24,851 nt of DNA from a virus (IMGVR_UViG_3300017785_001977:1-24851); one strand, 5' to 3'; counted from the stretch's first letter, positions 18,620 through 24,851 are shown. Notes: generated from the letters alone by a model not told the origin. Translations and numbers: made by a program.

Positions 18620-18621
18620 GG

Positions 18622-18837
18622 TTACTCACTTCCGATGGGAAGTTGATTCATCCGTGTATAGATCGAATCAAGCACACCTTTCCGTTGGTCCTTGCTCCAC
18701 CGCCAGATGTTGCCTCCATCAACGAATCGGAGCGATCCGTGCAAGCTATCAAGGAGCACCATTAGCTCCCACTGGTTAATCATTGGAAGCGAACAAGGCG
18801 ATGATCCCAATTCGTCAAGCATTTTGGAGTCTTTCAT
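18622..18837 (-). CDS. Hypothetical protein (71 aa)
   Basis: Co-oriented ORF ending 2 nt before terL. Confidence 0.55.
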   Translation of the reverse strand: MKDSKMLDELGSSPCSLPMINQWELMVLLDSLHGSLRFVDGGNIWRWSKDQRKGVLDSIYTRMNQLPIGSE

Positions 18838-18857
18838 AAGTTATATCAGACTTAAAT

Positions 18858-19040
18858 CTAGTTAAGATCTGTTTCATCAGACCTAACACACGCACAGTTT
18901 AACTTTGCAAGCAGTTTCTCAGCAAAGTCTTGATCTAGTCCGAAGTCGCTGATGTAGTCGAGGAACTCAGGAAAGAAGTCTTCGATAAACAGAGCCATGG
19001 CATCCAGTTCTTTGATGTTAAATCTAAAGGAGTCTTTCAT
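18858..19040 (-). CDS. Small acidic hypothetical protein (60 aa)
   Basis: D/E/F-rich ORF directly after a promoter-like element. Confidence 0.55.
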   Translation of the reverse strand: MKDSFRFNIKELDAMALFIEDFFPEFLDYISDFGLDQDFAEKLLAKLNCACVRSDETDLN

Positions 19041-19047
19041 TTTTGAG

Positions 19048-19075
19048 AACGTAAGTCACGAAAAAGCACTGGCAA
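19048..19075 (-). promoter_or_regulatory. Putative promoter for the packaging/virion operon
   Basis: TTGCCA-N16-TACGTT; the -10 box lies 7 nt from the ATG at 19040, suggesting a near-leaderless transcript. Confidence 0.4.
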
Positions 19076-19099
19076 GAGTGAGATTGCCTCTTGTTTCAG

Positions 19100-19127
19100 T
19101 TGACTAGTCCCTGTATTATTGCATCAT
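19100..19127 (+). promoter_or_regulatory. Putative promoter for the plus-strand ncRNA
   Basis: TTGACT-N16-CATCAT (alternative: TTGTTT-N17-TATTAT at 19091-19119). The predicted start at about 19134 coincides with the first stem. Confidence 0.5.
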
Positions 19128-19133
19128 AGATAA

Positions 19134-19545
19134 TGGTTTGCTCTGCGGGATCGGAGTGATCTGATCTACTTGCAAACCAGCAACTAGCTCGACTTTGATC
19201 CCGCGAAGTCGGGCTTTTTGTTTATTGGGCATCTCTGCCTAAAATAACCTTTAGTGTCACTGCGTTGTGCTCCATGGGAAGGTGTTGAGAATTCGGTGGA
19301 CGATGGATAGCAGATCAGTCGTCCTAAAGTCGCAGGTGAAAGCCTGGGCTGCCGTTGAATCGTTTGATCCGTGTTTACTGAGACAGCCGAGCGGAGAGAT
19401 TCAACAGTGCGAAGGTGTTCCCGATTCCTGACGAATAAGAATTCCAAAGCTTGCAGTATCCCAGCAATGGGACTGCTATGCTCAGATGAAACCGCTCAAG
19501 CCCTCTGAATAAGTAGTTTACTGACCAGTAAATGTTGCAAATACA
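19134..19545 (+). ncRNA. Large structured non-coding RNA of unknown class
   Basis: Many helices, GNRA loops GTGA, GAAA and GCAA, and G-U pairs valid only on the plus strand. No credible ORF; occupies the largest intergenic gap. Confidence 0.65.
19186..19223 (+). terminator. Intrinsic terminator/attenuator within the ncRNA leader
   Basis: AGCTCGACTTTG-ATCCCG-CGAAGTCGGGCT hairpin followed by TTTTGTTT. Confidence 0.7.
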
Positions 19546-19556
19546 GTGCAGGATTT

Positions 19557-20276
19557 TCAACAAAACAAGTCAAGTTGCGAAGTCTCTCGCTTGATCCTTT
19601 CCTTGGCAGCTTCAAAGTAGTCTGCATCAATCTCGCAAGCGGTTAAATGCATTCCAGCATAGTGACAGGCAATAGCGTGCGATCCTGAGCCTAGGTGAGT
19701 ATCTAGGATACGTTGACCTGCTGTAGCGTAGTTCTTGAGAAGCCACTTGTAGAGGGCAACTGGCTTTTGAGTTGGGTGGATTTTTGTGTCATACCCAGCA
19801 CTGAAATGGTGCATAGCAAATCTACGGCAAGAACTATCAAACGATGTCCATGCTAACTCAAAATCAGCCATGTTGTTTGTGCCATTCATCTTGTCCCATG
19901 ACAAAAAACACCGTGTTGAGTTCAAGTGATCAAGAAAGTAATTGCCTCCCCAAATGATCTGATTTTTTGATACTCTGCGAAGTTCAGCAAAGTATTGTCC
20001 ATTTGGTGTTGCACTATCCCATTCTCCGCCAGTAATGCCATTCATGCCACGCATCATTGAAGACTTACTTTCGGTTGTCTTTTTAAATTGAGACACGATC
20101 CCAATCCCATAAGGAGGATCAACAATAGCCAAATCAAAGTGTTTATCTGGAAACTCCTTCATCACGTCCATGCAGTCAGCTAGACGTAGATCTAAGGTTC
20201 CAGCATGAGGAATTACCGCCAGTGACTCCTTCACCGGAGTAGGCTCGTGTTCAAGGTTGAATGAATCGGGAGTCAT
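19557..20276 (-). CDS. Orphan DNA methyltransferase, N6-adenine/N4-cytosine family (beta class)
   Basis: DLAIVDPPY catalytic motif precedes HPTQKPV and ILDTHLGSGS SAM-binding motif. No adjacent restriction nuclease. Confidence 0.92.
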   Translation of the reverse strand: MTPDSFNLEHEPTPVKESLAVIPHAGTLDLRLADCMDVMKEFPDKHFDLAIVDPPYGIGIVSQFKKTTESKSSMMRGMNGITGGEWDSATPNGQYFAELRRVSKNQIIWGGNYFLDHLNSTRCFLSWDKMNGTNNMADFELAWTSFDSSCRRFAMHHFSAGYDTKIHPTQKPVALYKWLLKNYATAGQRILDTHLGSGSHAIACHYAGMHLTACEIDADYFEAAKERIKRETSQLDLFC

Positions 20277-20301
20277 AAATTATGTTCTTTCAACAGTTTT
20301 G

Positions 20302-20359
20302 AACTGTCAACGATTCCTTGACGGTTGGAATACCATATTGCTAACGTCAGCAAAATGGT
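20302..20359. repeat. Two adjacent operator-like palindromes
   Basis: AACTGTCAA-CGATTCC-TTGACGGTT (20302-20326) and ACCATATTGCTAAC|GTCAGCAAAATGGT (20332-20359, 12 of 14 positions symmetric). Confidence 0.75.
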
Positions 20360-20383
20360 CTGCACATGAGCAGTATATAAAAA

Positions 20384-20695
20384 TTATAATGCCAAACGTT
20401 TCCTCTCATAAACTGGCTTATTGTGAGTTATTCGAAAAACTCGAACAGCCGATTTTGAGCACTTGAGAATGAGAGCAATATCAAGGTTAGAGTTCTGTTT
20501 CCATGCTCTGTCACTGATCTGCGGTAACTTCTCTTTGAGTGCAGATCGTTTAGCCTTGTCAGGTGCTCTAGGAAGACCTCTCTCACGTCGAGCACTCCTC
20601 ACCGTCTTGTCACAGCATCCTAGCTGAGTTGCAATCGCCTCGTTCGTCTGGTTCCAGTCTGTAATGGAGCTGAAGTCTACTTTGTTGTATTTCAT
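20384..20695 (-). CDS. DNA-binding protein with two HTH-like repeats
   Basis: W.QTNEAIATQLGCCDKTVRSARRERG and WKQNSNLDIALILKCSKSAVRVFRITH. Confidence 0.65.
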   Translation of the reverse strand: MKYNKVDFSSITDWNQTNEAIATQLGCCDKTVRSARRERGLPRAPDKAKRSALKEKLPQISDRAWKQNSNLDIALILKCSKSAVRVFRITHNKPVYERKRLAL

Positions 20696-20883
20696 ACCTT
20701 TGGTTGGTCAAAGAACTCTATTAATTCTTCTTCGGTGAATATCGGCTCAATGTCACGTTCATGTTCAATACGCTTTCCGCATTCAGAACATTGGCAATTG
20801 CCTTGATCGTCCACAATCATCTCAAGATCACAGCATTCAGGCACTTCGGGATATTCGGGTGGATCGTTCCAGTAGTCATTCAT
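20692..20883 (-). CDS. Small acidic zinc-ribbon protein
   Basis: ECC...CQCSECGK; 63 aa. Confidence 0.55.
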   Translation of the reverse strand: MNDYWNDPPEYPEVPECCDLEMIVDDQGNCQCSECGKRIEHERDIEPIFTEEELIEFFDQPKV

Positions 20884-20887
20884 AGCT

Positions 20888-21412
20888 TTAATATCTCCCT
20901 AGCTTCCTCGGTTGGTATTTACTGACTAAGGTATAACCGTCCATCCGAATGATGATCCGCATACCAGGAATGAACATCGAGGAATCTTTACAACGACAAA
21001 TCACCTCCCTACCTCGGTATTCCACGATCAACATCGTTCTGTTCGGCATTCTGCAACGCTTTACAATTGCAGTCTCTTCACCCTCAAAGAGTCGTTGAGT
21101 GGCATTCAACACTTGTGGAACATCTTCAGTCTGTGGAACATCTAGAGCTTGTTCGTTGATTGGTTCGTCGTCGTCTGGCATCAGGTTTTCTGATTTACTT
21201 GATTGCCATTGATTTTCAATCGGCTTGCGAATACCTAGCAGATTATCACCGAAGTCATTCACGAAGAACTTGTGACCTACTTTTACGAAGGACTGTGGGA
21301 TTGCCAGCAGAATGTCTTTAGCCTGTTTCTTGGTTAGGCCATGCTTCTCTGCTGCGATGAGTAGAGGAACAGTTCCTTCAGGTGGACGGATGGACTTGGA
21401 TTGTGTTTTCAT
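20888..21412 (-). CDS. Hypothetical protein (possible N-terminal DNA-binding domain, C-terminal beta domain)
   Basis: Likely start MKTQSK at 21412; two domains joined by an acidic linker. Confidence 0.55.
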   Translation of the reverse strand: MKTQSKSIRPPEGTVPLLIAAEKHGLTKKQAKDILLAIPQSFVKVGHKFFVNDFGDNLLGIRKPIENQWQSSKSENLMPDDDEPINEQALDVPQTEDVPQVLNATQRLFEGEETAIVKRCRMPNRTMLIVEYRGREVICRCKDSSMFIPGMRIIIRMDGYTLVSKYQPRKLGRY

Positions 21413-21662
21413 TTGTTTCCTTATTGTAGCTTTGAATGGCAACTTACTTGCGACCTTTAACTGCAACTCGCAACTTGTCACGTTCTAGTTTTCTCCTGTG
21501 ACACCAGTCGAGTGCTTTGGCAAGTCTAGGGTTATCCAGAGAGGGGCTTTTGTGAATATTTTCTGACTGTGAGGATTCATCAACTTTTTTACAGCTCAAA
21601 ACTTTTTGACCCCCTCCGCCCCTAGTCTCAACGTCACTCTTGAGATTGAGTATTAATAGTTC

Positions 21663-21675
21663 TAAATCGTTGATA
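21663..21675 (-). promoter_or_regulatory. IHF-consensus site
   Basis: Minus strand TATCAACGATTTA matches WATCAANNNNTTR exactly. Confidence 0.4.
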
Positions 21676-21726
21676 CTGAGTGATGATGTATTATACATTA
21701 CGTGGATTGTTTGTAGTTATGCCAGG

Positions 21727-22188
21727 TTATTGAGACTCTGTTACCTCTGTAAACTCTCCCTCGATGACCATTCCTTCGCTTCGGAGGAGTTCATTGACGG
21801 AAGATTGGTCGATTCTGAGCCTATGTTCTACCACTGTTTGAGGTTGATCGTGAAGAGCTTGGATTTTGTCAATCGCCACGGCAATAGCGATGGGTAAACT
21901 AGCCAACGGCATATCATCAATTTCCTTCACCAACCTCTCACTTCCCTTGCTCACAAAGTGACTTAGCGTGGCAGCAGTGCTCTTCTTCCAGCTAACCAGA
22001 TTGAACCCTTCAGCTTCATCCTCCAGCTTGTTTTTGAGAGCAGTAACTGCATGAGTCGAGGTCTCATGTTTCTTCGCACAAGCTACGACTCCTAGACCTT
22101 CCTGTAGGTCAGCAATAATCGCTTCACGCTTCTCATCTGGTATCTGATTTCCTGAATGTCTGTTGTTACTTGTTGGAAGTCTGTCCAT
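21727..22188 (-). CDS. HTH protein, terminase small subunit candidate
   Basis: N-terminal HTH (PDEKREAIIADLQEGLGVVACAKKHETSTHAV), helical oligomerisation-like core (LPIAIAVAIDKIQAL), short C-terminal strand. Confidence 0.5.
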   Translation of the reverse strand: MDRLPTSNNRHSGNQIPDEKREAIIADLQEGLGVVACAKKHETSTHAVTALKNKLEDEAEGFNLVSWKKSTAATLSHFVSKGSERLVKEIDDMPLASLPIAIAVAIDKIQALHDQPQTVVEHRLRIDQSSVNELLRSEGMVIEGEFTEVTESQ

Positions 22189-22191
22189 ATA

Positions 22192-22416
22192 TTAAGCTGA
22201 TTGGTTGTTTCTTTGCGTTTTAAGTATGGTTTTACGCATGTTTAGATCATCTCCGCTATCTTGTATCACATCACCCTCTAAAGACGCGTTAAATCGATTG
22301 TAATGATTAAAGTAGTCCTCAAGAGCGGTAAACTTAATATCCTCCTGGAGTTTAGTCATGACTGGCATCCTGCAGAGTGCTTGAGCTAGTTTGTGAGTTA
22401 GTTGGTCTGTTGTCAT
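22192..22416 (-). CDS. Hypothetical protein (74 aa)
   Basis: Likely start MTTDQL at 22416, 1 nt after the dnaB stop. Confidence 0.55.
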   Translation of the reverse strand: MTTDQLTHKLAQALCRMPVMTKLQEDIKFTALEDYFNHYNRFNASLEGDVIQDSGDDLNMRKTILKTQRNNQSA

Positions 22417-22417
22417 A

Positions 22418-23674
22418 TTAGTATTCCGATTGTTCTCTGAACTTATAGAACTGACCAAGGAAGTCCAATTGCTTCTCCCAAAACCTTTCACCCGTCCTGT
22501 TCTTGATGCATTTGAGAAGTCTCTTCGTGTCATCGTCATCCACCTTCTCAATGTAAACGACATGATCAGCATCCTGTCCAATGGCTCTAGATTCTCTCAA
22601 CTGCCCGAAGTCGTTGAGTTGGCTAGCAGTCAGGATAACCTTGCCACACTTCACAGCAGTCCTCTTCAATCGTCTGGAGATGCTAGCAATGATCTCTTCC
22701 CTAGATCCTTTCTTATTCCCATCATCCTCCATGAGTTGGAGATAATCAACCATAGCAACATCACAGTCAGACTGCTCGATGTCTGCTAGGATCTCACTGG
22801 CTGAGGCTCCATTCACATCAACAATATCGCACTTTGCGACACCTAGCTTCTTCACTGCATCCATGAGTGCTGCTTGCTCTGCTCTGGTCATCATCCCTTT
22901 CCAGACCGATTGATTATCAAGGTTGCCCTGTGAGCATAACAAACGATATGCTTGTTCCTGTTGAGTCATCTCAAGCGGATAGATGCGAACCTTCTTCCCA
23001 AGAGCAACAGCAGACTCCAAGAAGTTCTGCATCAAGACTGACTTACCATCTCCAGGTTTTCCAGCTATGACCCAGACTCTACCACCTTGCATTCCGCCAG
23101 TTTTGGAGTCGATGAACGGAAACCCAGTCGAGATGCCTGATAAGGCTCCACCTGCTTGCATTCGCTTTTCAATGTCCTCAAGTAGGGTGATTGTAAGCTC
23201 TCCAATCGGTTTGGAGGATAGAGGCTTACCTTGGATCTTGCTGGCAGTCTCAATCACTCGTTCCGCTTCGCTTAATGCTGCTGGTATCTCGTTGATAGGC
23301 ATGTTCAGTGCCTGTTCTGAGAGGTTGAGAGCATCCTTGTAAGCTTGGACTCGTTGCACTAGTTCATAGCGTTGCCTGAGTTCGGAGACTGCTACAGAGA
23401 CATTTTGTCCAGTCACTGGACTTGTGAAATACTCTGTCAGCGTTGCTGCTCCACCGACTTCGTCTAGCTTACCTTGGTAGCGTAGTCGAGCAGTCATCGT
23501 GACGAGGTCTGGAGTCTCATCACGTCCGATTGTGTTGACCAGCTCGATGAAGATCGGTCGAATCATCGGAGAGAACATATCAGCAGTGATTGCGTGGATG
23601 TGCTTACCAAGGAACTGAGGGAATTGCAGGAAGATACTGATCAACAGTTCTTCGTTGGCTTTCTTGAGGATCAT
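22418..23674 (-). CDS. dnaB: Replicative DNA helicase, DnaB family
   Basis: Walker A AGKPGDGKS, PLEM, VDYLQL, SQLN and LRESRAIGQDAD; N-terminal LDEVGGAA domain. Confidence 0.95.
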   Translation of the reverse strand: MILKKANEELLISIFLQFPQFLGKHIHAITADMFSPMIRPIFIELVNTIGRDETPDLVTMTARLRYQGKLDEVGGAATLTEYFTSPVTGQNVSVAVSELRQRYELVQRVQAYKDALNLSEQALNMPINEIPAALSEAERVIETASKIQGKPLSSKPIGELTITLLEDIEKRMQAGGALSGISTGFPFIDSKTGGMQGGRVWVIAGKPGDGKSVLMQNFLESAVALGKKVRIYPLEMTQQEQAYRLLCSQGNLDNQSVWKGMMTRAEQAALMDAVKKLGVAKCDIVDVNGASASEILADIEQSDCDVAMVDYLQLMEDDGNKKGSREEIIASISRRLKRTAVKCGKVILTASQLNDFGQLRESRAIGQDADHVVYIEKVDDDDTKRLLKCIKNRTGERFWEKQLDFLGQFYKFREQSEY

Positions 23675-24420
23675 AAACGGTCGTATTGGCTGAGTTGTTT
23701 AGGTTTAATGAAGTTCTCTGCATTCGACTTTGATGCTGGCTTCTCATCCTCGTAGCGTCTTGAGTTGAGGTAGGTCGCTGGAAAAGGAATGTATTTCACT
23801 CCTTCTTTCGTCCAGTCTTCTGACTTACTCTGCCAGTTTAAAGCGGTAAGAACTGTTTGAAGATCTGGTTTAATCTTAGCCCAGGCTCTCTCAGCATCTG
23901 CTTTGGCAGTCTTTCTTGGGTAGGCAGTCCAGAACTCATTGAAGCCTGCTGGTATATGTTTATTTGGATTAGAAGTTATAGTAGGAGTTAGAGTAAGAGT
24001 CAGAGAGCTTATCTCTGGGTTATCTGTTTGGTTATCTTCTGAACATAACCTTGGGTTATCTTTTTGGTTATCATCTTGGTTATCTGTTTGGTAATATGGG
24101 TTTGATTTACCCTTCACAAAGTTAGGGTTTCCACCCTTCTTTCCATTCTGAACACATGTAGTCTTGTATTTGTTCAGATTATTACGAACTGATTCCAATT
24201 TGGCATTCTTACCATCAGGAAACTTGCGTAACACATCAAGCGTTACATTTGACCCTGCTATTCGTGTAAGTTTAGGAATGTCCTCAACTGGAATTGATTC
24301 TCGGCTCCACTGATAGCAAAGCAGACGAATGTAGGTTCCTACCTCTTCAGCGGACAGATCACAGGTGCCTCCAATGAAGTCGTCAGGGTAGAATTGAAAA
24401 GCTGGAGCTTTGGGTTTCAT
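23671..24420 (-). CDS. Phage replication initiator (YdaU/DUF1376-like N-terminus)
   Basis: PAFQFYPDDF...LSAEEVGTYIRLLCYQW, NGKKGG and C-terminal FNEFWTAYPRK...PFPATYLN..RYED; contains iterons; coupled to dnaB. Confidence 0.85.
   Translation of the reverse strand: MKPKAPAFQFYPDDFIGGTCDLSAEEVGTYIRLLCYQWSRESIPVEDIPKLTRIAGSNVTLDVLRKFPDGKNAKLESVRNNLNKYKTTCVQNGKKGGNPNFVKGKSNPYYQTDNQDDNQKDNPRLCSEDNQTDNPEISSLTLTLTPTITSNPNKHIPAGFNEFWTAYPRKTAKADAERAWAKIKPDLQTVLTALNWQSKSEDWTKEGVKYIPFPATYLNSRRYEDEKPASKSNAENFIKPKQLSQYDRL
24006..24096. repeat. Iteron array, putative replication origin
   Basis: Exact GGTTATC at 24018, 24030, 24054, 24066 and 24078 (12-bp phase), with an inverted ATAACC in the skipped slot. 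Confidence 0.75.
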
Positions 24421-24632
24421 AAACGATAACCCTCCTTTTCAAGCTGAACGATGGCAGCATGCAAGAATTCAATAACATCAGGAATTCTTGATGCTTCAAT
24501 GAAGATAGTCTGATCTGCTTCACCATTGTGATATCTTTCTGATGTTCTATCAAAATGAGTTTCTAGAACAACTATGTCGGCTACGAGTGAAAGCGTTAGC
24601 TCTTTTTGAGGTTCAAATGTAAGTTTATTCAT
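24417..24632 (-). CDS. Small hypothetical protein, first gene of the replication operon
   Basis: 71 aa; ATGA-coupled to the initiator; follows the structured leader. Confidence 0.6.
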   Translation of the reverse strand: MNKLTFEPQKELTLSLVADIVVLETHFDRTSERYHNGEADQTIFIEASRIPDVIEFLHAAIVQLEKEGYRL

Positions 24633-24638
24633 AATAAC

Positions 24639-24768
24639 AAAAAACCCTCAACACTGCCGTCGAGTTGAACCGTGCCCAATGAAAAAGCACCTCGACGACA
24701 GGATTGAAGGATTATTGTGTTGATGATCATTGTAATGATACCGCAGGGGTTCAAACCTGTTCTCGGCA
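24639..24768 (-). ncRNA. C4/CI-like antisense RNA and attenuator leader
   Basis: 5' hairpin with TTGAACC in its loop; long branched hairpin with an unpaired GGTTCAA bulge followed by a T6 tract. Confidence 0.65.
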
Positions 24769-24773
24769 ATGGG

Positions 24774-24801
24774 ATTATGCTCTGTTGTCTGTATGAGTCA
24801 A
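24774..24801 (-). promoter_or_regulatory. Sigma70-type promoter of the replication operon
   Basis: TTGACT-N16-CATAAT; the first hairpin begins about 6 nt downstream. Confidence 0.65.
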
Positions 24802-24816
24802 GGATAGCTTTAATGA

Positions 24817-24851
24817 CTATGCTTTAAGTTTCTTCAATACTTTACGAGCAA
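24817..24851 (-). CDS. Possible 3' end of an upstream gene (...ARKVLKKLKA*)
   Basis: Open frame from the window edge to TAG at 24817-24819; too short to verify. Confidence 0.3.
   Translation of the reverse strand, partial: ARKVLKKLKA

Noticed and set aside
19184-19563. Minus-strand ORFs 19184-19447 and 19375-19563
   Set aside because: Atypical composition; they overlie the plus-strand structured RNA, which explains the region better.
20195-20290. Integron attC-like site at the MTase 5' end
   Set aside because: A TGACTCC/GGAGTCA inverted repeat exists, but proper RYYYAAC/GTTRRRY core sites are not evident.
21444-21698. 84-aa ORF
   Set aside because: Runs through the G-tract, IHF and dif-like cluster (RGGGGQK comes from the G-tract); no motif support. 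Left uncalled, though not excluded.
46-23342. All plus-strand ORFs in the track
   Set aside because: They are antisense shadows of well-supported minus-strand genes, with no recognisable motifs.
1-24851. Stop-codon reassignment, CRISPR array, DGR/retron, intron or intein
   Set aside because: Genes are intact under the standard code and end in TAA, TGA and TAG. No repeat-spacer array, reverse transcriptase, TR/VR pair or interrupted TerL/DnaB was seen.

Overview
About 25 kb of a tailed dsDNA phage or prophage of podovirus-type architecture, with all real protein genes on the minus strand. Read right to left: a promoter and structured leader RNA, a replication initiator with internal iterons, DnaB helicase, a terminase small subunit candidate, small accessory ORFs and a DNA methyltransferase. 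These are followed by terminase large subunit, portal, scaffold, major capsid, head-tail adaptor, tail fibre, a lysis cassette (holins, overlapping spanins, M15 endolysin), tail nozzle, a second fibre, and ejection proteins interrupted by a PAPS-reductase-family gene. The most interesting signals are non-coding. (1) A ~410-nt GNRA-rich structured RNA on the otherwise empty plus strand (19134-19545) with a leader/terminator switch. (2) A P1 C4 / P4 CI-like antisense RNA switch ahead of the replication genes, with upstream and downstream target copies. (3) A D-arm-less tRNA-like element with an encoded CCA inside the lysis cassette. (4) Two tandem operator-like palindromes that may be decoy copies of host autoregulatory sites. 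All product calls come from motifs and synteny read by eye; no database searches or folding programs were run.
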